A DNA stretch of 64,000 nt from Christensenellales bacterium (GCA_051889995.1 JBJFDL010000002.1:81051-145050); one strand, 5' to 3'. Counted from the stretch's first letter, positions 40,263-50,173 are shown. The notes: a model not told the origin generated them from the sequence alone. Numbers and translations: made by a program.

Positions 40263-40319
40263 AGAGCAGAAATGAAGTGACCCCTACTGGGTTCACTTCA
40301 TAAAAATATGCTCTTTTTT
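40263..40319 (+). terminator. Orphan strong hairpin plus T6 on the plus strand (terminator-like; possible small RNA 3' end)
   Basis: AGAGCA..ATGAAGTGACCC-ctact-GGGT(T)CACTTCAT..TGCTCT-TTTTTT. There is no plus-strand gene upstream. Confidence 0.4.
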
Positions 40320-40383
40320 GTTGAGATAATTAAATATGATTTATAAATTAAAGTTTTGGTTTTTGAACCTAATTTGAATGTTT

Positions 40384-40422
40384 AAAAAATGAGCTATGTA
40401 GTTTTATATAGCTCATTTTTTT
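40384..40422. terminator. Bidirectional intrinsic terminator after the lipoprotein gene
   Basis: ATGAGCTAT-8 nt-ATAGCTCAT flanked by A5 and T6. Confidence 0.75.
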
Positions 40423-40429
40423 AATGTTT

Positions 40430-42820
40430 TTATTCGGATGCAATATCAAATTCATTTGCATTTGGTTCGTGGTCAAAGAAATGTATTATAAAACCATAAT
40501 CTGTGCCTATATTTTTAATGTAACATACACTGCTTGTAAACACAAACTTAAATTTACTTGCATTTGATAAACTGATAGTTGAATAATCAGATATTTCTGT
40601 GTCATCTGCGTTTTTGATTGTCCAACTGCCATTTGTTCCAGTTATTTCATTTAATGAATGTAAAACAGTTTGAAGTGTGTCCCCTGTAGTGAACAAACGA
40701 TAGTCAGCATAAACTGTTTTATCATCGGTTGTGGTGCCGTAGAATGATTTGCATATATTTGAATTTTCATCTTGATAATAACTAAAACCGCCTAAACTAA
40801 CAATGATGCTTTCTGCATTAATTGTTCCAAAGTTATCGGAAGCAACATTAGTGATAGTAAACCCAATGTTATAATCTGATGAATTTAATTCTAGGCCATT
40901 TGTATTTAATATAAATTTCTTATATCTGCAATTTCCTTCTTTGCCTGGAACATCAGTTAATGTGCCAGTTGCACTTGTTGTTCCATATTCACCAAGATTA
41001 ACACCTTTACCTAACACACTCCACGATAGTCGCAAGCCTTCGTAATATGCATCTGGGCCAAGCCCAAACATTATAATTGCTTCGCCATTTTCATTAAGTT
41101 GTAAGCTAAAGCCGTTTTCATTGTATATAAAACTTTTCAAATCAGCAAATTCTTCTTTTTGAACATCCCAAGTGTATTTTACACCAATAATATATTCGGT
41201 GCTATCAATTGTTTTTTTAACATACTCGGCAGTATAAGTTGAGCCGTGAGGTGTGTATTTATCTTCTTCCCAGTAGAAATTTACAATATCGTTGGCTGTG
41301 TCATTTCCAGTAAAATATATTGTTGCTGTATAAGTTCCAGCACCTATTGCACTAAATTGCCACATATTATTATAGTTTTCTGATTTATAACTTACAGTAA
41401 CGCTATCAGTTTTTTCGGCAAAAAATTGCGAGGTATAATCAAAATAATCAAACGATAAAACACTTGGCATAATACTATCAGAATCATAAGTATATTGGTT
41501 GGTGCTTACTGTTGGTCTAGGAATAAGATACGAACCCTTATTAACCGTAAGTTTTATTAAAAATGGCTCAGACTCCTCGTATAAATTTTGATACTCTTCA
41601 TTAGGCACAAACTTAACTTTTGCTGTTAATTGTTCGCCATTTTGTTGTGCATTGTAAGAAGGCACTACTGAGTCGCTATAAAAAGGCACTGCAACAAAAT
41701 TTCCATAATTTAATAATTGTGAAAGATTATTTTCATATTCTTCGCCGTTACCAAGATTGTTAAGAGTTATTGTTTCTTGAGCTGTTTCTTGCCCTGCCTT
41801 TAATATTAAATAAAATTCGCCACTAGAAAAATAATCGTTTGTGTGATAATAGTTGTTTTCTTCGTTTGCCAACATATCATTAAATGTAACATCTTTACTT
41901 ACACTTTTTGTAACATTAAATGCCCAAGTGTATTGTAAACCACCATAAGTATCATAATTATCAGATGTAAGTTCTTCGTTTACAATGGTAAATGGTGCTT
42001 TTAAAATTTCTATTTTTTGGAAACTTGAATAGGTTGCATAGAAATTATTTGTTTCTTTAATTTTTGCACAAATCAAATATTCGCCTGGTGTAATTTCACT
42101 TAAATGGTCATAAGTATCATCAGATAAATTATATAACATATATTCTTCTGCATACTCTTGCGGAGTTAACAAGTTGTCGGGCATATTATTTTTAACATTA
42201 TAATATTCTAGCATACCTTCAGAACCATCAACTTTTTTCATAAGAATATAAAGCCCATCTATTTGACTGTTTGAAACAATCTCATCGTTTGTTTTAACAA
42301 TCAAATTAACAGCACTTTCTTTTGTGCCAAAGAAAATAACATTGTTATCTGTAATTGTTTTGCCACCCATAGAGTTAACATTTGTTGTTAAATCTAGTTC
42401 GTAATCTAAAGTGTTTGCAACTGCATAGACCTCGGCGGTAAGCGATACAGTTGACCCCATATAAGTAAAATTAATTGTGTAGGTGCCAACATCAAGTGTA
42501 TTTGATTCAATTTTTTCTAAGTATGAAGATAATTCTAATTCAATAGGGTTTGAAGAATGTCCTTCGTAAAACTCAATTTTAACTGAAACATTTTGCAAGC
42601 TTAAAGTTTCTGTTGAATCGTCCGAAAAGCGGGCAGTAATCTCAAAACTACCTAGCCCAGCATTATCGCCATAATGACAGGCTATAGATGAGCTTTGATT
42701 TGAAAATTTTACATCAAGGTAACTAAAAGTTTTTTCGCCACACGCTGATAACATTAAAAAAGCTGGAATTATCAAAAACATAGCAAGCAAATAGGTTAAA
42801 AAGGATTTTTTCTTTACCAT
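40430..42820 (-). CDS. Large surface lipoprotein, function unknown
   Basis: Start set at MVKKKSFLTYLLAMFLIIPAFLMLSACGEK (ATG 42820, GGAGGAG RBS). Signal peptide plus lipobox LSAC. About 797 aa, beta-rich and repeat-like. Confidence 0.65.
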   Translation of the reverse strand: MVKKKSFLTYLLAMFLIIPAFLMLSACGEKTFSYLDVKFSNQSSSIACHYGDNAGLGSFEITARFSDDSTETLSLQNVSVKIEFYEGHSSNPIELELSSYLEKIESNTLDVGTYTINFTYMGSTVSLTAEVYAVANTLDYELDLTTNVNSMGGKTITDNNVIFFGTKESAVNLIVKTNDEIVSNSQIDGLYILMKKVDGSEGMLEYYNVKNNMPDNLLTPQEYAEEYMLYNLSDDTYDHLSEITPGEYLICAKIKETNNFYATYSSFQKIEILKAPFTIVNEELTSDNYDTYGGLQYTWAFNVTKSVSKDVTFNDMLANEENNYYHTNDYFSSGEFYLILKAGQETAQETITLNNLGNGEEYENNLSQLLNYGNFVAVPFYSDSVVPSYNAQQNGEQLTAKVKFVPNEEYQNLYEESEPFLIKLTVNKGSYLIPRPTVSTNQYTYDSDSIMPSVLSFDYFDYTSQFFAEKTDSVTVSYKSENYNNMWQFSAIGAGTYTATIYFTGNDTANDIVNFYWEEDKYTPHGSTYTAEYVKKTIDSTEYIIGVKYTWDVQKEEFADLKSFIYNENGFSLQLNENGEAIIMFGLGPDAYYEGLRLSWSVLGKGVNLGEYGTTSATGTLTDVPGKEGNCRYKKFILNTNGLELNSSDYNIGFTITNVASDNFGTINAESIIVSLGGFSYYQDENSNICKSFYGTTTDDKTVYADYRLFTTGDTLQTVLHSLNEITGTNGSWTIKNADDTEISDYSTISLSNASKFKFVFTSSVCYIKNIGTDYGFIIHFFDHEPNANEFDIASE

Positions 42821-43204
42821 AATCTCCTCCTTTTTTTTGTTTATTATATCATAATTAAAAACAAAAAGCAAATTAATTATTAAATAAATATAGGTAATCA
42901 AAATGCAAAAAAAAGACCTTGGTCTAGTATTTTTGAAACAAGTTTAAAGAAAAAAGAGAACTATACTTTTTTGTATGATTCTCTTTTTGCAAGTTTCAAT
43001 AGCGCCTAACCTTACCTTCCTTATTGATTTTTATATGAAACATTTTTGCATTACAATGATATATTTTTAAATATATCTTTTTGCCGAATTGAATAAAATA
43101 TCGTTAAAACTTCACATTGCAATAAATCTATGCAATGTAATGTTTTATTATAAAAGTAATTAAAGTTAGTTGACGTTTTAAATTTGTTAATTTTCAACAT
43201 TAAA

Positions 43205-43429
43205 TTACGATGCAATTTTTTTAACAAATTTTTCTAAAGTTTTTAAAGACTTTTCATCTTTGATTTCTTTAACTAGTTCTACGATTAAAGCCAATTTTGT
43301 GTTAGTTTCTCTTTCTGTTTCCAAATCTTTTGCTATTTCACTAATTGCTTCACCACAATAAGGGCAAAACTCAAAATTATTTTCTAATTCTTGATTACAA
43401 TTACTGCAATTTATCATACTAATTTCCAC
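43205..43429 (-). CDS. Zinc-ribbon small protein
   Basis: CSNCNQELENNFEFCPYCGE followed by a helical tail. Start lies 2 nt after the upstream stop. Confidence 0.6.
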   Translation of the reverse strand: MEISMINCSNCNQELENNFEFCPYCGEAISEIAKDLETERETNTKLALIVELVKEIKDEKSLKTLEKFVKKIAS

Positions 43430-43431
43430 TC

Positions 43432-44610
43432 CTATGCTTCTTTTTCATCAATAGTTTCATTTAATTTTTCTTTTATTATATTATAACAAGTAGATAGTAA
43501 ACATTTCTTTTTCTTTCTTTCTCTGTGAACTGCTTTTTGTATGTTCAAGTTTTCTGGATAAATATTATTGCCACCTTCTTGAATTACAAATTCATTGTTG
43601 TCCTCCACGTATGCTGAAAATACATTATATCTTTTAGAAGCATACATTGGCTTTTTACCTTTTGGTGTTCTAACATATTGAGATTGTCCTGAAACGTGAT
43701 AGGTATTATTTTCTAGTTTACCTGGTGTGTTACCATTGCAAACAAATACTGCATCGCAAGGAAGTTGTCCGTTAAAATTTTTTCTTGCTGAAACTTCTCC
43801 TCTTGCTGTGCTTGTTTTATTTTTCATATTTGTTTGAATACCAATTGTGGCATTTCGTTTGCGTCTATCTCTGCCAACTTTTTCAACATTCAATATCACA
43901 CTTACACCAGTATTTAAATAATGCAATCTTGAAACGCCATCACGAACATACTTATCTTTCAATTCATTAAATGCTTCTTCAAAAATATCACGACCAATTT
44001 CTTTAATTATTGTGTGTTCTTGAAAGCCTCTCATTAAATAAAGGTCTATATCTAACAAAATTTTATCACTTAATGAGAAGAATTTTTTTATATCATTAAT
44101 TAATCTTTGTTTTCTTTTATTTAAACCAAAATAAAGAGCTTTATTGTTTTGAATTGAAGCAGTTCTTAAATATTTTAATTGCCATTCTTCTCCAAGTAAA
44201 TCACCACCAAAAATTACTATTGTTTTACCACGAGGATTTACTGATGATAAGTTGTTTATAATTTCATCATTTTTACCTGTGCAGATGCCTTTTTGAGGGT
44301 TACTTGTATCAAAATAATTAGTTGAACAATAGAATATTAAGTTTAAAGATTCTTGGTTTCTCTTCAATGTGATAGTTTCATTACTAATAATGCTATAATC
44401 TTCACTTAAAACTTCATTAACATAGTCATCAACTGTTGGTGTTCCTAAGTTTTCAACTACATCATTCGTTGCTAAATTAACTTTACTGATTTTATAATTT
44501 TCTAAAAGGTCTGCGTCTTTTTTGGGAAAATTTTCTTCGTAAAATTTTTCTAATATATAATTATTTTTTTCAGGATTTGTATAAGGACCCTTTTTTCCGT
44601 AATCTGCCAT
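43432..44610 (-). CDS. Hypothetical protein, possibly a degenerate metallophosphoesterase-fold paralogue
   Basis: 392 aa. IVIFGGDLLGEEW resembles the GD motif II, but DxH, GNHD and GHxH are not evident. TAATG overlap with the upstream phosphoesterase gene. Confidence 0.45.
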   Translation of the reverse strand: MADYGKKGPYTNPEKNNYILEKFYEENFPKKDADLLENYKISKVNLATNDVVENLGTPTVDDYVNEVLSEDYSIISNETITLKRNQESLNLIFYCSTNYFDTSNPQKGICTGKNDEIINNLSSVNPRGKTIVIFGGDLLGEEWQLKYLRTASIQNNKALYFGLNKRKQRLINDIKKFFSLSDKILLDIDLYLMRGFQEHTIIKEIGRDIFEEAFNELKDKYVRDGVSRLHYLNTGVSVILNVEKVGRDRRKRNATIGIQTNMKNKTSTARGEVSARKNFNGQLPCDAVFVCNGNTPGKLENNTYHVSGQSQYVRTPKGKKPMYASKRYNVFSAYVEDNNEFVIQEGGNNIYPENLNIQKAVHRERKKKKCLLSTCYNIIKEKLNETIDEKEA

Positions 44611-45743
44611 TATATTGTTTTAACCTCCTCGTTATAAAGAGTTTTTATTTTATTTGCTAAATCATCAACTTTAATGTCGTATTTATTACATTTTACAAGG
44701 TTTTCTATTTCTAATTTTACATTAGGTTCATTATATTCTTCCATATATTTTTGTGCTGGAGTTGAAAATTCATCTTTAGTATTTTTTAATAATGGGAATT
44801 TAGATACGTTCCACATAATTGGACTTTCTGTGTTTTTGGTTCTTGCATTATATGAAGGATTTTTAGCAAAACTTATATCAAATAAGTTAACATTTGGTTT
44901 TGTTACATCCATTGAATATGCTGTTGTAAATTCACTATCGCCTTGCAATGCTGGTGCACTTTCGATTATTAATTCTTGTAATCTTGTTGAAACCAAACGA
45001 CCATTATCATAAACTGGAACTTCAATCACATATCTACCATTAACGTCTGCGTGGAAATGACCAGATAATACTAAATTTGGGAAAATTTTAAATCTTCTAA
45101 AAATTGCTTCACATTTATTATACATATTATCTAGCGCTGCGGCTTTTGTTGTTGCTTTGCCACTGCCATGAGTAACAAATACATAATAAGGTTCTTTATC
45201 GACATTAATTTTTAATAATACATTATATTGGAAATAAGTTATACCTAAACAATCCAACACCAAGCGTGTTAAGCTTAAATTTGCATTACGATTTCGACTT
45301 CCTTGTTCGCCGTCATGATTTCCCCCAACGCCAAACAATATTTTATCTTTAATTTTGCTTAAACATTGTTTTCCTAAAATTGCTGAATTCATATTATTTA
45401 ACTTACTCATATGAGCGTTTGAAGCACCATCTAGTGTGCTCATTGTGAAAGTATCACCTGAAAGCACAGCGTATGCATTTGATGTTTTATTTAAAAACTC
45501 GCTAGCTTTATCAAATCTCTTCTTATCCATACCTTCATCAAAAAAATGTATGTCAGCCAAATTCATTAAGCAAATATGTGTAAAATCTTTTAAATCAAGT
45601 TCTGCATAAGATAAAACTTCAGGGTCAAAAGCTGAACTACCAGCAACATCACCAGCAAAGTCTATAATTGTTTTATTTTTTTGTTTATCTATTTTTAAAT
45701 TTTCAATATTTTCACTTTTTTCTAATAAAAATTTTCTATCCAT
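44610..45743 (-). CDS. Calcineurin-like metallophosphoesterase
   Basis: All five motifs in order: LADIHF, SGDTF, GGNHDGE, THGSG, SGHFHAD. Confidence 0.8.
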   Translation of the reverse strand: MDRKFLLEKSENIENLKIDKQKNKTIIDFAGDVAGSSAFDPEVLSYAELDLKDFTHICLMNLADIHFFDEGMDKKRFDKASEFLNKTSNAYAVLSGDTFTMSTLDGASNAHMSKLNNMNSAILGKQCLSKIKDKILFGVGGNHDGEQGSRNRNANLSLTRLVLDCLGITYFQYNVLLKINVDKEPYYVFVTHGSGKATTKAAALDNMYNKCEAIFRRFKIFPNLVLSGHFHADVNGRYVIEVPVYDNGRLVSTRLQELIIESAPALQGDSEFTTAYSMDVTKPNVNLFDISFAKNPSYNARTKNTESPIMWNVSKFPLLKNTKDEFSTPAQKYMEEYNEPNVKLEIENLVKCNKYDIKVDDLANKIKTLYNEEVKTI

Positions 45744-45780
45744 CTAAAACCTCGTGTGTAATTTAATATCGTTTATTTTA

Positions 45781-46341
45781 TTAATTTTCTAATGTTTCTT
45801 CTTTTTTCGCATTCTTACTTTCAATCTTTTTGTCAGAAGAAATTTTAGCTTGTTTTTTATTTTCTATTTTTTCTTTAGCTGAATATAAAACTTCTCTTTC
45901 TTTTAGTAAATTATAGTATTCTTCTTCGCTTTCTCTAAGTTGATTTACTTCTTTATCAGTTCTCTCTTTAATGTTTAAACTCTCTTGTTGAAGTTTGGAA
46001 ATTTGAGAATAATTTAAATATGAGAACAAACCACAAAGCGCAGTTACTGTAATGCTAATTCCAAAAATTATTCCAAATGCTAAGGTTGATAATGGACTAA
46101 TTAATGCGCAAATTGAACCCAAGGCTCCAAAAACTCCAAAAATAACATTTTTTACTATTGAACGTTTTTTATTGATGATTTTTTTATTAATTTCATCAAT
46201 TTTATCTTCTTTTTCAATTAATAATTTTCTAATAATTTTGCAATTTTGTCTTTTAATATCACTCCAGGGTTCTAACAACTCGTTAATTTCTTTTAATCTT
46301 TTATTGATTTCTTTTCTCATAATTCTACAAAATTCCCCCAA
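45781..46341 (-). CDS. Membrane protein with a TM hairpin flanked by coiled-coil segments
   Basis: 186-aa track ORF (TTG start; the ATG at MRKEIN, 46320, is an alternative). Central hydrophobic hairpin VIFGVFGALGSICALISPLSTLAFGIIFGISITVTALCGLF. Confidence 0.55.
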   Translation of the reverse strand: MGEFCRIMRKEINKRLKEINELLEPWSDIKRQNCKIIRKLLIEKEDKIDEINKKIINKKRSIVKNVIFGVFGALGSICALISPLSTLAFGIIFGISITVTALCGLFSYLNYSQISKLQQESLNIKERTDKEVNQLRESEEEYYNLLKEREVLYSAKEKIENKKQAKISSDKKIESKNAKKEETLEN

Positions 46342-46359
46342 TTTCTCTAAATTAATTAT

Positions 46360-46388
46360 ATTATATATTCGTTGAATAGACTTGTCAA
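46360..46388 (-). promoter_or_regulatory. Sigma-A-type promoter of the 46341-43205 cassette
   Basis: TTGACA (46388-46383), 17 nt, TATAAT (46365-46360). Confidence 0.6.
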
Positions 46389-46404
46389 TATTAAATTTTT
46401 TAAA

Positions 46405-47031
46405 TTAGTATAGTTCTCTATTAGCTTTGCTAAATTCACAACCACAATAGTTTTGCCTATACATTTCATATTTTTTTGATAATTCTATGCTACGTTTATA
46501 ACCATCTTTCTTTTTAAAATCTGAAACTAGATATTTTACCTTTTCATTACAAATTTCTATACCAATATTATTTAGTATATCACTGTTTTTGTAGGGACTT
46601 ACAGTTAAGGTAGTTGTTAAATAATCAAAATCATGCTCTTCAGCATATTTTTTTGCTCTTAAAAGTCTTAAGTGAAAACATTTTTCACAACGACTTCCAC
46701 CTTCTTTTTCTTTTTCCAAACCTTTAACATAAGCTAAAAAATCATTATGATTATATGGAATTGAAACAAATTTTACATCTGCAAAATATTCTTCATTAAA
46801 TTTTTTTATAAACTTTTCTGCTTCAGCATTTCGTTTTTTAAACTCTTCTTCAGTGTCCATATTAGGATTATAAAAAAATACCGTTATTTCAAAATTTTTA
46901 TATATTCTTTCAAGCACACTACTAGAACAAGGGGCACAGCAAATATGCAACAACAAACTGGGCTTATTTTGTAAGCCTTCGATAAGTTGTTCCATCTTTA
47001 AATTAAAATCAATTTTATTCATCACGTTCAT
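46405..47031 (-). CDS. queH: Epoxyqueuosine reductase QueH (DUF208)
   Basis: LLLHICCAPCS, GGSRCEKCFHLR, YCGCEFS cysteine motifs. 208 aa. Confidence 0.85.
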   Translation of the reverse strand: MNVMNKIDFNLKMEQLIEGLQNKPSLLLHICCAPCSSSVLERIYKNFEITVFFYNPNMDTEEEFKKRNAEAEKFIKKFNEEYFADVKFVSIPYNHNDFLAYVKGLEKEKEGGSRCEKCFHLRLLRAKKYAEEHDFDYLTTTLTVSPYKNSDILNNIGIEICNEKVKYLVSDFKKKDGYKRSIELSKKYEMYRQNYCGCEFSKANRELY

Positions 47032-47201
47032 TATAACAAATTAATTAATTTCTGTCAATGTCACAATTTAAATCATAAGTATGTATAGTTTTGTATCAAT
47101 TAAAATTATGCATCTTCTTTTGCTCTGTATAATTCTATATTATTGAGCTAATGATAGTAAGATTTAATATGTATGCGTAATAATATAACTTTAATTTATA
47201 T

Positions 47202-47230
47202 TTGACATTTTCTGCAAGTTGTAGTATACT
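47202..47230 (+). promoter_or_regulatory. Sigma-A-type promoter abutting the lipid kinase start codons
   Basis: TTGACA (47202-47207), 17 nt, TATACT (47225-47230). ATGs at 47234 and 47240, no SD. Confidence 0.5.
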
Positions 47231-47233
47231 TTT

Positions 47234-48136
47234 ATGGTTATGAAGTGCTTATTTGTTTACAATCCAAACAGTGGGAAAGGAAAAATTGTTAAAAAAGAAG
47301 AATATATTATTAATAAATTGAGAGAAAAGTATGATGTTGTTGACGTTATAAGAACTCAATATCCTAATCATGCAAAAGAAATCGCCGAAACACTTGCTTT
47401 TAATTATGACACCTTGGTTATTAGTGGTGGTGATGGCACTTTAAACGAAGTTATTAATGGATTGGCAGAAAAAGAAAATGCTCCAATTATTGGATATATT
47501 CCAACAGGAACTGTTAATGATATTGCCCATTCACTACATATTTCTACAAACATAAAAAAAGCTGTTAAAATAATATTAAAAGGCAAGGTTTTTAATCACG
47601 ATATTTTTAAGGTAAACAATAAATATGGTATGTATGTTTGTGCTACAGGATTGTTTACTCAAGCAAGTTATTCAACACAACAAGAGAAGAAAAAAAATTG
47701 GGGAAGTTTGGCATATTATTTCGATGCAGTGCCAAGAATTTTCAAAACCGAACCAATTGAAGTTGAACTGCATTATGGAAATACAAAATTATATAAAAAT
47801 TGTTCTATTTTTTTAGCAATTAATTCGCGATATGTCGGTGGACAAAAGGTTAATCCTCATGCAGAACTTGATGATGGATATGTTGATGTTGTTATGGTTG
47901 AAAGCCCTAGAAGAAAAAAATTTAGCATTATTGGGTTATTCTCTACCTTAAAATTATTTATTTTTGGAATTAACTATTCAAAAAATCGTAAAGGTTTTAC
48001 TTATTTAAAACTTAAAGACTTTGATGTTAAAATTAGAAATAAAACTACAACTATTAATCTTGATGGTGAAGGTGTTAAAGAAGAAAAATTTAATTTTAAA
48101 GCGATAGAAAAAGGAGTTAAAATTTTTGTAAAATAA
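47234..48136 (+). CDS. Diacylglycerol/lipid kinase (YegS/BmrU family)
   Basis: FVYNPNSGKG and ISGGDGTLNEVINGL. About 300 aa. The start may be the second ATG at 47240. Confidence 0.85.
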   Translation: MVMKCLFVYNPNSGKGKIVKKEEYIINKLREKYDVVDVIRTQYPNHAKEIAETLAFNYDTLVISGGDGTLNEVINGLAEKENAPIIGYIPTGTVNDIAHSLHISTNIKKAVKIILKGKVFNHDIFKVNNKYGMYVCATGLFTQASYSTQQEKKKNWGSLAYYFDAVPRIFKTEPIEVELHYGNTKLYKNCSIFLAINSRYVGGQKVNPHAELDDGYVDVVMVESPRRKKFSIIGLFSTLKLFIFGINYSKNRKGFTYLKLKDFDVKIRNKTTTINLDGEGVKEEKFNFKAIEKGVKIFVK

Positions 48137-48140
48137 TATT

Positions 48141-50099
48141 ATGGAAAAAGGAAATTTTGATAAAAATACATATTTATACAGATTAAATTACGTTCTAGTT
48201 TTTATTATTGGAACATTAGCACTAGAAATCGCTGCATTTATTTCACTAAACTTTGGATATTTACCTAAATATATCTTTTTTGATATAGCCTTTATTTTAA
48301 TATACTCTGCAGTTTTATTTTTAGTTTCAAACGATACAGCCAGATTTGTTTTAGTGATTATTGCTTTTAGTATTCAGTTTTTACTAAATAGCATTAATGT
48401 TTGCTACTATAAAATGCTTGGTGATATTTTTAGTTTTGACTTATTAAAACTTGGAAACGAAACAGCAAAATGCTTTGAATTAGATTTTCTAGATTATAAA
48501 GGTTTAGCAATTAATATAATAACTTTAATTCTATCAATCTTGACTTTAGTGTATGTTTTTAAACGTAGAAACAGAATAAAATTAAAACCTATCAAAAAAA
48601 GTTTTTGGCCATCTCTCGCTATTATTCTTGCAATATTTTTCTGCTTTGGTGGAACAGGTGTTGGCAGTCAACTGGTTGCAGAAAGTTTACTTGCAGACTG
48701 TGAAACAACTGATGCATTCTACATCGCTAAAAGTGATACTTACCTTTATGACCATTTCACTTTCAAAGCAGAAGCTTTTAAAAAATTTGGCACTTGGGGA
48801 TTTTACATAAAAAGTATAGACAATATTATCTCTCCTAAAGAAAAATTAACTTCTAGCGAAATGCAAGAATTAGAAGATTATCTTCAAGCCGGTGTTGTAG
48901 CCGAAAATACATCTGCCCCACTTTATGGTCAAAATTTAATAACAATTATGCTTGAAAGTTTTGAGTGGTTCGCTATTGACCCATACTTAACTCCAACATT
49001 ATATGAAATGAAAACGAGCACTGCTCAAGCATTTACTAACTTTAGAGCAAAAAATAAAACAAACGTTAGTGAAAATATAGCAATGATGGGAAATATGCCT
49101 AAGGACTATACTTTCATGGATTTAAGCAAGGGCGACTTTTCTCCATCAAATTCTCTTGCATATATGTTTAAGCAAAAAGGTTATACTGCAAACTTTTTCC
49201 ACAATAATGATGGTGGTTTTTATGATAGAAGTAATGTTAACACAAGATTTGGATTCGAAAAAGTATACGCAATGCAAGATGTGAATGATGGAAAAATTTG
49301 CGAATGGGGTGACTGGCATTTAGAAACTGACTTCTTTGAAGAACTTAAAACTATAATTGCACCTACAGACCAAAACTTCTATTCGTTCTATACTACTGTT
49401 GGAACGCACGGACCTCATACAAACTTAAATCCAAGATTAAGTGAATATTTTGAGATTTATGATAATAATCTTGAAAATATTAAACAATGGCTTGAAGATG
49501 AGGGATATCAATACCCTACTGACAAAGTTTATCAAACTCGTTTAAAACAATTTAAATGTGCTGCTATGGACACAGATAGATTAGTTAAAAATATTATCGA
49601 TTACTTAACGGAAAACAATTTAATTGACACAACAACAATAATTTTATATTCAGACCACAACTGCTATTATAATGATTTGAATTTAATGGTGAGATATGGT
49701 GGAAAGGAATATGATACAGAATCAAGCGAAGTTCATAATATACCATTTATGATATATAGCAAAACTCTTGGTGGCGCAGTGAATGACACTTTCTGTAGCA
49801 CTTATGATATTTATCCTACAATTTGCGAATTGTTTGGATTAAGTTATAATAAAAATTTAACACAAGGTTACAATGTTTATTCTAGTGAAATAGATAAAAC
49901 GGTGTTTGTTTCTCTTTTAACAGGAGCTATTTTCACAGATAATATCTATTCTTATAACATCCAAGATGTTTATACTAAAGATACTATGACAGAAGAAGAA
50001 ATTTATAATTTTCAACTAGGTGGCATTGAGTTTTACGAAAAACAATACACAATTGATAAGATTTATGCTAATGGTTTATTAAATGTGAAAGGCAAATAA
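48141..50099 (+). CDS. ltaS: LTA synthase family protein (membrane sulfatase-fold)
   Basis: Five N-terminal TM segments, then a sulfatase-like domain (ITIMLESFE, TVGTHGPH, LYSDHN). Confidence 0.8.
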   Translation: MEKGNFDKNTYLYRLNYVLVFIIGTLALEIAAFISLNFGYLPKYIFFDIAFILIYSAVLFLVSNDTARFVLVIIAFSIQFLLNSINVCYYKMLGDIFSFDLLKLGNETAKCFELDFLDYKGLAINIITLILSILTLVYVFKRRNRIKLKPIKKSFWPSLAIILAIFFCFGGTGVGSQLVAESLLADCETTDAFYIAKSDTYLYDHFTFKAEAFKKFGTWGFYIKSIDNIISPKEKLTSSEMQELEDYLQAGVVAENTSAPLYGQNLITIMLESFEWFAIDPYLTPTLYEMKTSTAQAFTNFRAKNKTNVSENIAMMGNMPKDYTFMDLSKGDFSPSNSLAYMFKQKGYTANFFHNNDGGFYDRSNVNTRFGFEKVYAMQDVNDGKICEWGDWHLETDFFEELKTIIAPTDQNFYSFYTTVGTHGPHTNLNPRLSEYFEIYDNNLENIKQWLEDEGYQYPTDKVYQTRLKQFKCAAMDTDRLVKNIIDYLTENNLIDTTTIILYSDHNCYYNDLNLMVRYGGKEYDTESSEVHNIPFMIYSKTLGGAVNDTFCSTYDIYPTICELFGLSYNKNLTQGYNVYSSEIDKTVFVSLLTGAIFTDNIYSYNIQDVYTKDTMTEEEIYNFQLGGIEFYEKQYTIDKIYANGLLNVKGK

Positions 50100-50114
50100 T
50101 TTTTGCCTTTTTTG
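50088..50114 (+). terminator. Intrinsic terminator overlapping the ltaS stop
   Basis: AAAGGCAAA-taatt-TTTGCCTTT plus T-run. Confidence 0.7.
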
Positions 50115-50173
50115 TTTTTATACTTCTTGACAAAAATAAAAAATTATTGTAACATAATTTAAAGGAGAACATT

